In this document: one piece after another, positions 15,496 to 24,903 of the stretch
Numbering within the stretch: the first letter of the stretch is position 1
Layout of the letters: every line of letters starts with the position of its first letter
Source: Halomicrobium mukohataei DSM 12286
GTDB lineage: Archaea; Halobacteriota; Halobacteria; Halobacteriales; Haloarculaceae
Direction of reading: 5' to 3'
Length of the DNA stretch: 32,000 bases
Assembly (NCBI RefSeq): GCF_000023965.1
Contig: NC_013202.1
Span: 180,001 to 212,000 of the forward strand
The notes under the pieces: generated by a model
What the model saw: only the letters and a program-made list of their open reading frames with translations
Database searches by the model: none
What the model was told of the DNA's origin: nothing
Program-made: the position numbers and the translations under genes

Positions 15496-16827
15496 TTACG
15501 ACGGTCGCTCGTGTACGTCGTCGAGATCGTCGACCGTCGGAGCGTTGACGATGCGGACCCGACTTCCAGAGCGAGTGACTCGGAAGGCGTCCCCGAAGGC
15601 GTCGGAGTCGGGAACCCGGTAGACGGTCTCGGTCGGTCGCGCCGCGCCCTTGTCGTCGAGAATCGACGTGTAAGCCGCCTCGAACTCCCTGGCGTCGCCC
15701 GGCGAGTCCCACTCGATGGTCCAGACGTAGCCGTAGCCACCCGATCCGTCACGGTAGGGGACGATCGAGTCCCCGCCCCAGCCCGCGGAGGCGTCGCTGC
15801 GGTACCGGAACCACTGCTCGGGTTCGACGGCGTCGTTGGTGTACAGCATCGCGAAGATCGACGCTTCACCGGCGGTGTCCGCGACCGGCTCGTGGTCGAA
15901 CCGCTCCCACTCGTCGCTACTGCGGTCGGGGACGGTCACGTTCACCGGCTCCTCGTCGGGGTACCGGTCCGGGTGGATCACCTGCTCGGTGCTGTCGGGC
16001 GGGTTCTCGTACAGTCGTTCGACGCCGTCCCAGCGGTTCCGGCCGTACTGCTGGTCGATCAGTCCCGGCCCGGTCGCGTAGGGCTGGTAGATCGTCACGA
16101 AGACGCCGTCGGTCGGCGCGCCCCCGCCGGAGCTCTCGCCGCTGCCGTCGCCGCCGGGCGGAGAGAGACACTGCCAGCGGTTCTCACAGCGGTCCTCGTA
16201 TGTCCACTGGACGTAGTTGGCCTCGCCCTCGGTGACGCTTTGCTGTGCGAGCTGGCGATCCTGGGTCTCCGGGGACGACTCCAGGTTGTCGTACTGGTCT
16301 TGCAAGGCGTGGACCAGCTCGTGAGACAGCGTCGAGCGATCGATGGTCGGCGTCGGCGAGTCGCTGACGATCGTGATGTTGTCCGAGGCCGGACTGTAGT
16401 ACCCCTGGACCGAGGAGTTGTAGGTCTCGCCCATGGCCTCGCTGGTGCCCGAGTCCTCGCCGACCAGCAGCAGTGCTTCCCACACCTGATCGTTCCAGGG
16501 ATCGTCCGGTCCGGTCCCGCCGGGACCACGCGACTGGTTGCGGTACTCGGCGCGGCTGATCACCTCGACGCTGACGTTGCCGTCGAACTCCCGGTCGCGA
16601 ATCCGCTCGACGCGGGCCTTGCTCCGGGCCAGGACCGCCGCCCGTTCGCTGGCGTTGAGACCGTCCGCGGTGGTCACCGACACGCTGTCGTCGTACCAGT
16701 AGCCGTCTTCCCAGCCGATCTGGTCCTCGTCGGCCTGGCGGTCGCGGTCGGCGGGGTTCAGGTCGTTCACGGCACCGAGACAGCCCGCGAGGACGACCAG
16801 CAGGGCGAGAGCTGCGACCCTACGCAT
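15496..16827 (-). CDS. Secreted lipoprotein with an HExxH zincin-like motif (paralog 1; resembles what I recall being named the Hvo_1808 surface-protein family)
   Basis: Signal peptide plus lipobox LLVVLAGC. Blocks IGWEDGYW, GYYSP, SHELVHALQDQ, EGEANY and CENRWQC. The ATG overlaps the upstream paralog's stop (ATGCGTAG, 16820-16827). Confidence 0.85.
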   Translation of the reverse strand: MRRVAALALLVVLAGCLGAVNDLNPADRDRQADEDQIGWEDGYWYDDSVSVTTADGLNASERAAVLARSKARVERIRDREFDGNVSVEVISRAEYRNQSRGPGGTGPDDPWNDQVWEALLLVGEDSGTSEAMGETYNSSVQGYYSPASDNITIVSDSPTPTIDRSTLSHELVHALQDQYDNLESSPETQDRQLAQQSVTEGEANYVQWTYEDRCENRWQCLSPPGGDGSGESSGGGAPTDGVFVTIYQPYATGPGLIDQQYGRNRWDGVERLYENPPDSTEQVIHPDRYPDEEPVNVTVPDRSSDEWERFDHEPVADTAGEASIFAMLYTNDAVEPEQWFRYRSDASAGWGGDSIVPYRDGSGGYGYVWTIEWDSPGDAREFEAAYTSILDDKGAARPTETVYRVPDSDAFGDAFRVTRSGSRVRIVNAPTVDDLDDVHERPS

Positions 16828-18277
16828 CGTGTACCGCCTCCAATGCCGCCGCGTCGGGCGCGTCGACGACCGTCACCGTCGCGCCGGAGCGTTCGATCCT
16901 GACGGCGTCGGTGAAGGGACTGTCCTCGCCGATCGTCCAGACGTTCTCCTCGGTTTCCTCGCCGCCCCAGTGGCGGACGACCGCGCTCCAGGTGCTTGCG
17001 AACTCGGCCGCCTCGCTCTCGTTGGTCCAGCGGGTCCGCCAGACGTAGCCCGACCGCTCGCCGTTCTCGTAGACGAACAGTTTGCCGCCGGCCCAGCCGC
17101 GGGCGGCCGGCACGTCGTAGTTGTACGGATCGTCCCCGTCGACTTTGCCGTCGGCCTCGAAGTTGATCACGTCGCGGGCCCGCACCACGCTGGCGTCTTC
17201 GTAGTCGTCGGTAACGGTGTAGGCGAGCGACGCCGCGATGGCGGACTGGCCGACGACGGCGTAGTCGGCGCGTCCCGGCGGTCGGACCCGCTCCCACTCG
17301 TCGTTACTGCGGTCGGGCAGGGAGACGGTCGCCGGCTCCCACTCGGGGTACTGTTCGGGGTAGATCACTTCCGTCGCACCGTCGGGCCGGTCCGCGAACG
17401 CGGCGTCGACGGCCGCCCAGCCGCCGGCCTCGTAGCGATGCTCGACGAAGCCGGGACCGTCGCTGTAGGGGAAGAACTGGAGGAAGTTCAGCCCGAAGTG
17501 ACTGTCACCGCCGCCGCTTTGCGTGCTGTCGGCCGAGTCGAGACAGGACCAGGTGGCGCCGCAGTTGGCGGTGTAGCGCCGCTCGACGAAGGAGGCGTCG
17601 CCCTCGACGATCCCGTTGCGGCCCTGATAGGCGTCGCGGGTCGTCACGGTCCCGTTGGTCAGGTCGAACTGCTGGTCTTGCAAGGCGTGGACCAGTTCGT
17701 GGGCGAGCGTCGCCTCGCCGTCGAGCTGTGGCGTCTCGCTGTCGGCGACGATGACGATCTCGTCGCGGGCCGGACTGTAGTAGCCGAGCACGCTCTGGCT
17801 CAGCGCGGCGTTCTGTGCCGCCAGCGCGTCCCTGTCCTCGCCGATCAGGAACAAAGCCTCGAACTTGCCGTTGTCGAAGCGCGCGCTCGTCGCGTTCGAC
17901 GCGGGGGTAGAGCGGTTCCGGTACGTCGACCGGTCGATCACGCTGACCGGGACCGTCTCGTCGAACTCGCGTTCTCGGACCGACTCGACGCGGGCCATCG
18001 AGCGGGCGACGACGGCCTCGCGTTCGCTCTCGTTGAGGCCGTCGCTGTTGGTCACGTCCAGCGATTCGTTGTGCCAGTATCCGTTCTCCCAGCCGATCCG
18101 ATCCGTCTCGGGATCCGGCGGGCCGTCGTCAGTGTCGACAGATGTGGGCGTGGCCGTCGGCTCGGGGGCGTCGGTCCCCGTCGTCTCGTGTACGGGGGAC
18201 GCCGCCGACGGGCCGGCCGACGGAGCCTGACAGCCGGCAAGAACGAGCAGCGCAGCGAGCAGGGCGGCGCGATACAT
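16820..18277 (-). CDS. Secreted lipoprotein with an HExxH zincin-like motif (paralog 2)
   Basis: I take the start at ATG 18277 (MYRAALLAALLVLAGC, a lipobox) rather than the 686-aa extension. A Thr/Pro/Asp-rich linker follows, then IGWENGYW, GYYSP, AHELVHALQDQ, EGDASF and CGATWSC. Confidence 0.85.
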   Translation of the reverse strand: MYRAALLAALLVLAGCQAPSAGPSAASPVHETTGTDAPEPTATPTSVDTDDGPPDPETDRIGWENGYWHNESLDVTNSDGLNESEREAVVARSMARVESVREREFDETVPVSVIDRSTYRNRSTPASNATSARFDNGKFEALFLIGEDRDALAAQNAALSQSVLGYYSPARDEIVIVADSETPQLDGEATLAHELVHALQDQQFDLTNGTVTTRDAYQGRNGIVEGDASFVERRYTANCGATWSCLDSADSTQSGGGDSHFGLNFLQFFPYSDGPGFVEHRYEAGGWAAVDAAFADRPDGATEVIYPEQYPEWEPATVSLPDRSNDEWERVRPPGRADYAVVGQSAIAASLAYTVTDDYEDASVVRARDVINFEADGKVDGDDPYNYDVPAARGWAGGKLFVYENGERSGYVWRTRWTNESEAAEFASTWSAVVRHWGGEETEENVWTIGEDSPFTDAVRIERSGATVTVVDAPDAAALEAVHDA

Positions 18278-18361
18278 GTACCGGAGGCAAGGGCCGCGGC
18301 GTGAAAAATGACGCGCAGTACGAGCCACAACACTTTGGGCCGGCCGGTCGTAGCGTCCGCC

Positions 18362-18934
18362 ATGGAGTTCGAGCCAGCACGAACCGCACTCGTCGTCGTC
18401 GACATGCAAAACGGCTTCTGTCACCCGGACGGGGCGCTGTACGCGCCCGACAGCGAGGCGGCCATCGAGCCCTGCCGCGAGCTGGTCGAGCGCGCACGCG
18501 AGGCCGGTGCCAGCGTCGTCTTCACCCGCGACGTACACCCGCCCGAACAGTTCGAAGACGCACACTACTACGACGAGTTCGACCGCTGGGGCGAGCACGT
18601 CATCGAGGGGTCCTGGGAGACGGAGCTGGTCGCACAGCTCGAACCGGCCGAAGACGACCTCGTCGTCGTCAAACACACCTACGACGCCTTCTACGAGACC
18701 CAGCTGGAGGGGTGGCTCGACGCCCACGGGATCGACGACCTCGTCGTCTGCGGCACGCTCGCGAACGTTTGCGTGTTGCACACGGCCTCCAGCGCCGGCC
18801 TGCGCGACTTCCGCCCGGTGCTGGTCGAAGACGCCATCGGCGCGATCGAGGACGACCACCGCGAGTACGCACTGGACCACGCGGACTGGCTGTTCGGCGA
18901 GGTGACCGAGCGCGGCGAGATCACCTTCGCTTGA
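18362..18934 (+). CDS. Isochorismatase-family cysteine hydrolase (nicotinamidase-like)
   Basis: ATG at 18362 (MEFEPARTALVVVDMQNGF). The Asp/Lys/Cys triad contexts are VVVDMQ, VVVKHTYDAF and LVVCGTLANVCV. Confidence 0.88.
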   Translation: MEFEPARTALVVVDMQNGFCHPDGALYAPDSEAAIEPCRELVERAREAGASVVFTRDVHPPEQFEDAHYYDEFDRWGEHVIEGSWETELVAQLEPAEDDLVVVKHTYDAFYETQLEGWLDAHGIDDLVVCGTLANVCVLHTASSAGLRDFRPVLVEDAIGAIEDDHREYALDHADWLFGEVTERGEITFA

Positions 18935-19777
18935 TCACCGGCACTCGACGGTCACGTCCTCGCCCTCTTGGAAGTCGACGCCGTCGCCGACGAGTTTGAC
19001 GCCGAACCGGTCGCGGGCACAGAACAGCGCCAGCCCGGTGATCGGATCGCCGTTTGCGAGCACCGTCACGTCGTCCCACGCGACGGTCCGGCCCGTCGCC
19101 GTCCCGACCGGCGCGCCGGCCACGACGACCGCCCGCTCGGTCGCATCGGACGGCGAGTGCCCGAGTAATCCACCCGCGTCGTAGTGAGCGAGTCCGCCGT
19201 CGACGACACCACCTCTCCCGTCATCCGGCCCCCCGTTGGCCAGTCCGACGAAGCGCTCGCCGGGCGCTGGATGGGCCGGTGCGTCGAGTCGAGCCCACGT
19301 CGCCCCCGTATCGACGACGGTGCCGGTGCCGTCCCAGGGGAGTGGCTCGACGTCGACCGCGACGGCGAGCGGCTCCGAGCCGTCTGCCCGATACGGATTC
19401 GTCTCGTGGTCGCGGTACTCCAGGTGGACGTGATCGGGCACCCACGGCGCGAAAAAGCCCGCTCGCACCGTCTCGCCCAGCGGATCGCCGACGCCCACCT
19501 CGTCGCCGGGCACGACGGACGGCTCGACGTGCAGCAGACGAGCCATCCACTCGCCCGTGTCGATCAGGAGGAGATAGTCGTGCTCGGCAGCGTAGGGCTG
19601 GGGCGGCGCACGCACCTGCTTCGTCTCGACGACGGTGCCCGCGACCGGCGACGGTGCGACCGCGCCGGAGGGGTAGAGGTCGATCGCGCGGCCGTCGTCG
19701 TGGGCCACGAACGGGGAGTTGTACAGCGAGAAGCGGTCGTACTGGTGGCACACGTCGGCGGGCAGTGTGACGGCCAT
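18935..19777 (-). CDS. Hypothetical protein with a peptidase M23/LytM-like core and no signal peptide
   Basis: ATG at 19777 (MAVTLPADV). AHDDGRAIDLYP...SPVAGTVVE and LLHVEP.VVPGDEVGVGDPLGE...PDHVHLEY mirror the M23 HxxxD and HxH regions. Its stop directly abuts the isochorismatase stop (tga tca). Confidence 0.65.
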   Translation of the reverse strand: MAVTLPADVCHQYDRFSLYNSPFVAHDDGRAIDLYPSGAVAPSPVAGTVVETKQVRAPPQPYAAEHDYLLLIDTGEWMARLLHVEPSVVPGDEVGVGDPLGETVRAGFFAPWVPDHVHLEYRDHETNPYRADGSEPLAVAVDVEPLPWDGTGTVVDTGATWARLDAPAHPAPGERFVGLANGGPDDGRGGVVDGGLAHYDAGGLLGHSPSDATERAVVVAGAPVGTATGRTVAWDDVTVLANGDPITGLALFCARDRFGVKLVGDGVDFQEGEDVTVECR

Positions 19778-19978
19778 CACCAGCCAGTTGGCGTCGATGG
19801 ATATGTGCCTGTTGCACGGGTTCGAGAGCCATGAGGGGCCCCAGTACGTGATCCGATAGCCGCTGCGGCGGGATACGCGGAAGTGTGACACGCCCCATCG
19901 CGACGCGGTCGCGTTTGCGACTCGCGTTCCGAAGTGCCAATCAGGTTTTAGAAGGCCGCGAAAGCGGAATGTGCCGTT

Positions 19979-21061
19979 CTATCCCTCCATCCCACTGAAC
20001 GAGAGTCCCCCCTCTATGTAGCGCTGTGCGAACAGGTAGACGAGCATGATCGGCGTTGCGAACGTCAGTGCGAACGCCGAGAAGCGCGCCCACGGGATTG
20101 AGTACTCGTCGATCAGCGCGTACAGGCCAACCGGGAGCGTGTAGTTTTCCGTCGTCAGCAGTGTCTGTGCGACGACGAACTCCGTCCAGCCGGTCAGGAA
20201 CGTGAAGATCAACACCGTCGCCAGGCCGGCCGTTGAGAGCGGGATGATGACCTCCGTCACGACACGCCACGGCGGCGCGCCGTCGACGACGGCGGCCTCC
20301 TCGTACGAGACCGGAATCCCGTCCATGTAGGTCTTCAGCAGCCACGTGTTGAACGGGACGGCTGTCGCCGCGTAGTACACCGCGAGCGCGAGCTTGCTGT
20401 CGTTGAGCCCGAACTGGACGTAGATGGCGTACAACCCGATTAGCAGTGCGATACCGAGCCCTCCACCGACCTGCGTCATCAGTACGTAGAGGAACAGGAT
20501 CTTTCGCCGGAAGATAAACTCCCGCCGCGAGAGGGCGTAGGCCGCCGGCACGATCAGACACATCGAGATGATCACCGTCGGTATCGCGACTGTAACGCTG
20601 TTCCAGAGGAAGTGCTTGAACTGGGACGGTCGATCGACTCCGTGGGCCGACGCGTCCAGGAACGTGAGCTCGGGGGTACTGAACACGAGCGACTGTCCGG
20701 TCAGCGGGATGTCCACCGTGACGTTGTAGGCGGGAACGACGAGGTCACCGATCACCCAGATGAACGGCTGGAGCGTCGGATCTTCGGGCAACAGCGAGAG
20801 CCCATTCGAGGAGTACAGCGACGCACCGGTGCCCGACAGCGCCGCTTGCAGGATCCAGTACACGGGAAACAGTAGTAGCAGGACCAGCAGCAGGGCCCCG
20901 ACCGTCGCGCCGACCGTCTTCAGGGGGTCCGTTGGTGGGATCTCACCGTTCCGCACACCACGTACCGTATACCTGATGTCTCGGGCCGCCTCGACGGGGG
21001 TGAGGAGGACGTTTCTCGTGTCCTCGACGAGCTTCCGGCCGACCGTCGACAGGAGGCTCAT
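19979..21061 (-). CDS. Carbohydrate ABC transporter permease (MalG-like)
   Basis: Six hydrophobic segments. The long N-terminal cytoplasmic region and large first loop are typical of CUT1 permeases. ATGA overlap with the upstream permease at 21058-21061. Confidence 0.9.
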   Translation of the reverse strand: MSLLSTVGRKLVEDTRNVLLTPVEAARDIRYTVRGVRNGEIPPTDPLKTVGATVGALLLVLLLLFPVYWILQAALSGTGASLYSSNGLSLLPEDPTLQPFIWVIGDLVVPAYNVTVDIPLTGQSLVFSTPELTFLDASAHGVDRPSQFKHFLWNSVTVAIPTVIISMCLIVPAAYALSRREFIFRRKILFLYVLMTQVGGGLGIALLIGLYAIYVQFGLNDSKLALAVYYAATAVPFNTWLLKTYMDGIPVSYEEAAVVDGAPPWRVVTEVIIPLSTAGLATVLIFTFLTGWTEFVVAQTLLTTENYTLPVGLYALIDEYSIPWARFSAFALTFATPIMLVYLFAQRYIEGGLSFSGMEG

Positions 21062-22023
21062 TCGTCAGACACCCCGTCAGCGAGCTTGCCACGTTTGACG
21101 TTGATCCACATGAACACGCCGATGAAGACGACCGCAATGAGGCTGATCGCTGCCCCGCGGCCGTACTGGGAGAAGGAGAGGGCCTCTCTGTACCCGTAGA
21201 CGACGATGAGTTCGTTCGCTCGCGCCGGTCCACCCTGGTTGAACACGAAAGGGATCAGGAACTGCTGGAACGACGCGGCGGCCGTCAGAATCGCTGCGAA
21301 CAGCACTGGCCGCTTGATCGATGGCAGCGTGACGTGGATGAATCGGGCGAGAAAGCCCGCGCCGTCGACCGTCGCCGCCTCGTGCAACTCTTCGGGTACG
21401 TCCTGCAGGGCACTAACTGTGATGATTACCATGAACGGGTACGCCAGCCACATCTCCGTGACGTTGTACGCGAAAAAGGCCGGCCATCGGGTCGAGAGCC
21501 ACGCAACGGGCTCGGCACCGAACTGTTCGAAGAGCTGATTGATCAGTCCGAAATCGGCAGAACTGAACATCGATCGCCAGACGGTGATCGTAAAGATCGC
21601 TGGCAGTCCCATCGGGAGGATGATGAGTGACCGCATGATTCGCCGTCCGCGCACCCGATCGCTGGTGACGACCATCGCGACGCTGATGCTCAAGCCGAGT
21701 TTCAGGGCGACGCTCGTGGCCACGTACAGCCACGTCACCCCGAAGGAGTTCCAGAACTCGGGATCGGCGAGCACGTCGGTATAGTTCTTGAGTCCGACAA
21801 AGGTCGCCTCACCGAAGGTCAACACCGCGAACGACCCCTCACCGGCGAAGAGGTTCGCTGGCGCCGCATCGGTAAACGAGAGGCCGACGAGGTACAGGAC
21901 GGGGAACAGCATGAACGCTGCGAACACGAACAACCCCGGGAGCACGAACAGGAGCGAGTAGTCCTCCTGCTCGATGAAGGGGATCCGCTCGACTCGTTGT
22001 GTGAGGCGTGACACTGTTCTCAT
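21058..22023 (-). CDS. Carbohydrate ABC transporter permease (MalF-like)
   Basis: LFVLPGLFVFAAFMLFPVLY N-terminus and multiple TM segments (ATVDGAGFLARFIHVTLP is the EAA-loop region). It starts 8 nt after the binding-protein stop. Confidence 0.9.
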   Translation of the reverse strand: MRTVSRLTQRVERIPFIEQEDYSLLFVLPGLFVFAAFMLFPVLYLVGLSFTDAAPANLFAGEGSFAVLTFGEATFVGLKNYTDVLADPEFWNSFGVTWLYVATSVALKLGLSISVAMVVTSDRVRGRRIMRSLIILPMGLPAIFTITVWRSMFSSADFGLINQLFEQFGAEPVAWLSTRWPAFFAYNVTEMWLAYPFMVIITVSALQDVPEELHEAATVDGAGFLARFIHVTLPSIKRPVLFAAILTAAASFQQFLIPFVFNQGGPARANELIVVYGYREALSFSQYGRGAAISLIAVVFIGVFMWINVKRGKLADGVSDE

Positions 22024-22031
22024 TCGTCGAA

Positions 22032-23303
22032 TTACTCCCAGTTACTTCGAGCCTCGTCGGCGGCCCCGGCAAGTGCTTGTGCTGGGCTCTGACTTCCGTT
22101 GAAAATCTGGACGACTGGTTCCTCCAGCGCTGCGAACACGTCGCTCATACGAGGATCCGTCGGCATCGGGATACCCTGATCGACGGCCTCCGAGTAGGCC
22201 CGGACTGGGCCGGGGAGATCGTCGCTGCCGGCGAGCGACGAGAGGACTGGAATGTGGCCCTGTTCTTCGGCTCTGGTGAGTAGGTGGTCCTCGTTGGTCA
22301 CGAACCACTCGATGAACTCGCGTCCTGCCGTCGCGTCGACATCTCCCTCTTCCATTGCCTTCGAGAAGTACCACATCTTGATCCCGCTCAGTGGAGTGAA
22401 CTCACCGCCGTCCATCGACGGGAAGGTCGTCACCTCGTAGTTGATGTCGCTGTCGTTGAGTGTGGCAAGATACCACGGACCGTTGACTGCGAAGGCCGCG
22501 TTGCCCTCTGCGAACGTTGCCTGCTGGGGTTCGAAGCCTGGGTCGTTCGGCATATATGGGACGAGATTGTCGAGCATAAACTCGAATCCACGGACCGTCT
22601 CCTCAGAATCGAGACCAACCACTGGGTCGCTTTCGGGATCGAAGTAGCGGCCGCCAAACGCCTGTGCGATCCCGCTGATAAAGTAGGGGTTGAACGGCAT
22701 GGCTAGCCCGTACTTCCCGTTGGCCGAATCGTGGTACGCTTCCATACTTGCTGCCATTTCCTCGAACGTCTCCGGTGGTTTGTCCACGATGTCTGCGTTG
22801 TAGATTAGCGTCACCGTCTCCGCCGAAAAGGGGAGCCCGACGATCGCATCGTCGGTCTGGACGGCACCAGCCGCTGCACTGGTGAACTGGTCGAGGTCGA
22901 CGGACAGCTCGTCACTCTGGTCGACGACGAACCCGCGTTCGTAGTAATCACCGACCCAGTCGTGGGCCCACTGGAACGTTTCCGGTCCCTGTCCGGCAGG
23001 GATCGCGCTCGTCGTCCGGTCTTGCATCTCGGCGATATTCCCTCCCTTGATCGTGTGGCTGGACTCCTCGTTGAATGCCGCGATGATGTCTTCGCGGAGT
23101 TCGAGCTCCGTGTCGGAGAGGCCGTACCAGGCCGTTGCCGATCCGGCGGGCTCCTCTGTTGTACTGTCGGTACCGTTGCTGCTCTCGCCCCCGCCGGCAT
23201 CAGCATCTGTTCCCTGTTCCTCGACGCCAACACAGCCGCCGACTGCTGCGATCGTTCCCGTTGCACCAATGTGCTTCAACAGTGTTCTCCGATCGAATCC
23301 CAT
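22032..23303 (-). CDS. Extracellular sugar-binding protein of an ABC transporter (Tat signal plus lipobox)
   Basis: MGFDRRTLLKHIGATGTIAAVGGC carries a twin-arginine signal with a lipobox Cys, followed by a Ser/Thr/Glu/Asp linker and a family-1 SBP body. An alternative ATG at 23333 would add 10 residues. Confidence 0.88.
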   Translation of the reverse strand: MGFDRRTLLKHIGATGTIAAVGGCVGVEEQGTDADAGGGESSNGTDSTTEEPAGSATAWYGLSDTELELREDIIAAFNEESSHTIKGGNIAEMQDRTTSAIPAGQGPETFQWAHDWVGDYYERGFVVDQSDELSVDLDQFTSAAAGAVQTDDAIVGLPFSAETVTLIYNADIVDKPPETFEEMAASMEAYHDSANGKYGLAMPFNPYFISGIAQAFGGRYFDPESDPVVGLDSEETVRGFEFMLDNLVPYMPNDPGFEPQQATFAEGNAAFAVNGPWYLATLNDSDINYEVTTFPSMDGGEFTPLSGIKMWYFSKAMEEGDVDATAGREFIEWFVTNEDHLLTRAEEQGHIPVLSSLAGSDDLPGPVRAYSEAVDQGIPMPTDPRMSDVFAALEEPVVQIFNGSQSPAQALAGAADEARSNWE

Positions 23304-23551
23304 GGATATACGATTGATGAAATAGTCGTACATTCCTTAATGCTTTGCATTCGCCACGAACAAACGTTTAGGTTTCGGGCCGTGGGATACCGGTAGACCC
23401 GTGAAACATGGCGGCCGGCCGCCTGCCAGACGACGACAGACGGAGGATCGAACCGGCGTATCAGTCTCGATGCTCCACAAACAAAATCATTATGAAATTG
23501 TACCTCATTATTTCCAAAAGGGTTATTATTCGGTCTACCGATCTTCAGTGC
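23304..23551. promoter_or_regulatory. AT-rich divergent promoter region between the SBP operon and the ABC ATPase gene
   Basis: ggTTATTATT at 23521-23530 is centred about 26 nt upstream of the ATPase ATG (23552). On the minus strand, cgaaacCTAAACGTTT (23361-23376) is a BRE/TATA-like element for the SBP operon. A small palindrome AATGCtttGCATT lies at 23339-23351. Confidence 0.5.
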
Positions 23552-24679
23552 ATGGCTACGCTTCGCGTGGACTCTCTGCGCAAAGAGTTCGACAACGGTC
23601 GTATCGTCGCCGTCAACGACCTCTCTCTGGACGTGGCAGACGGAGAGTTCGTCACGGTCGTCGGCCCGTCGGGATGTGGCAAGTCGACGACCCTACGGAT
23701 GCTGGCTGGCCTCGAACAGCCGACTGACGGCAAGATCTTCATCGACGGCGAGGACATCACAGACGTGCATGCGCGCAGCCGAGACGTCGCGATGGTGTTC
23801 CAGAACTACGCGCTGTACCCGCACAAGACGGTCCGCCAGAACATGGCATTCGGCCTCCGGATGAGCACGGATCTCTCGTCGGACCAGCGCGAGGAGAAGG
23901 TCCGTGAGACAGCCGCGATGATGGATATCGAGGAACTACTGGACGACAAGCCCAATGCGCTCTCGGGGGGACAGAAACAGCGCGTCGCGCTCGGCCGTGC
24001 CATCGTGCGCGAGCCCGACGTGTTCCTGTTCGACGAACCACTCAGCAACCTCGACGCGAAGCTCCGGACGACGATGCGAACGGAGATTCAGCGACTCCAG
24101 GACGAACTGGGAACGACCTCGATCTACGTCACACACGATCAGGAAGAAGCGATGACGATGGGTGACCGGATCGCAATCCTCGACAACGGAATCCTCCAGC
24201 AGGTGGGATCACCAAAGCACGTCTACCAGAACCCGGTCAACGAGTTCGTCGGGACGTTCGTGGGCTCCCCGGCGATGAACATGCTCGACGTGAGCGTCAG
24301 TACGGGCGACAGCGTATGCTTGACTAACGGCGATCGCTTTGCCTATTCTCTCGACGGGCCCGTTGCACAGGCGGTCGCAGACGCCGAGGTCGACAGCGCT
24401 CGGCTCGGGATCCGTCCGGAAGACGTCGCCGTCAGCCGAGAGCCCGCAGAGAGCGACATCCGGGCGGTCGTCGAGGTCGTCGAACCGATCGGAAGCGACA
24501 ACTACCTCTATCTCGATCTGGGCGAGTCGTTCATCGCGCGCGTCGCCGCCGATATCGAACCGACACGGGGCGACACTGTCGGCGTTCAGTTCGACGAGTC
24601 CGATATCCATCTGTTCGATACGTATGGGTTCTCGATTCTCTCCGAGAAAGAGACCGAACGATCCCCCGTCACGGCCTGA
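23552..24679 (+). CDS. Sugar ABC transporter ATP-binding protein (MalK/UgpC type with C-terminal regulatory domain)
   Basis: Walker A GPSGCGKST, Q-loop FQNYALYPH, signature LSGGQKQRVALGRA, Walker B VFLFDEPLSNLD and H-loop VTHDQ. ATG at 23552 (MATLRV). Confidence 0.95.
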   Translation: MATLRVDSLRKEFDNGRIVAVNDLSLDVADGEFVTVVGPSGCGKSTTLRMLAGLEQPTDGKIFIDGEDITDVHARSRDVAMVFQNYALYPHKTVRQNMAFGLRMSTDLSSDQREEKVRETAAMMDIEELLDDKPNALSGGQKQRVALGRAIVREPDVFLFDEPLSNLDAKLRTTMRTEIQRLQDELGTTSIYVTHDQEEAMTMGDRIAILDNGILQQVGSPKHVYQNPVNEFVGTFVGSPAMNMLDVSVSTGDSVCLTNGDRFAYSLDGPVAQAVADAEVDSARLGIRPEDVAVSREPAESDIRAVVEVVEPIGSDNYLYLDLGESFIARVAADIEPTRGDTVGVQFDESDIHLFDTYGFSILSEKETERSPVTA

Positions 24680-24872
24680 GGACACGGTATGGCGGACGCG
24701 ACCACATCGTCCAGACCAAGAGTCTCCGCTTCGGCCGCTCTCGTCCGTCAGGGCGTACCGCCAAGAGTATTTTTGATGTATTATGTTTTCTCATATCTAA
24801 AAGTTGGTTGAGATCCAGAGCGAGACGCGACAGCGCCGGTTTAGTGTTTGGATCCTCGTTCGATTCCTGAGG

Positions 24873-24880
24873 TTAATTAA
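24873..24880 (+). promoter_or_regulatory. TATA-like box (TTAATTAA) about 27 nt upstream of the trmB ATG
   Basis: ggTTAATTAAg lies at 24871-24881 and the ATG at 24904. It resembles the ggTTATTATT element upstream of the ATPase gene. Confidence 0.45.
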
Positions 24881-24903
24881 GTGAGCAGTGGGTGTGTGCA
24901 CCT

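Noticed and set aside
15472-18304. 476-aa and 491-aa plus-strand ORFs (15472-16902 and 16829-18304)
   Set aside because: They lie antisense to the two HExxH lipoprotein genes. They are low-complexity Arg/Val/Gly-rich translations with no recognisable domain.
18278-18880. N-terminal extension of the 686-aa ORF (16820-18880)
   Set aside because: The extension runs antisense to the well-supported isochorismatase-family gene. The internal ATG at 18277 gives a perfect signal peptide and lipobox (LLVLAGC), paralogous to the neighbouring gene.
23408-23551. Upstream extension of the ABC ATPase ORF (423 aa)
   Set aside because: The extension crosses the AT-rich divergent promoter and is basic. The ATG at 23552 lies about 26 nt downstream of a TATA-like box and gives a normal MalK-type N-terminus.
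24851-24871. tRNA T-arm-like string GTTCGATTCC
   Set aside because: The flanking sequence cannot form a 5-bp T-stem, an acceptor stem or the other cloverleaf arms. It lies in the trmB promoter region.
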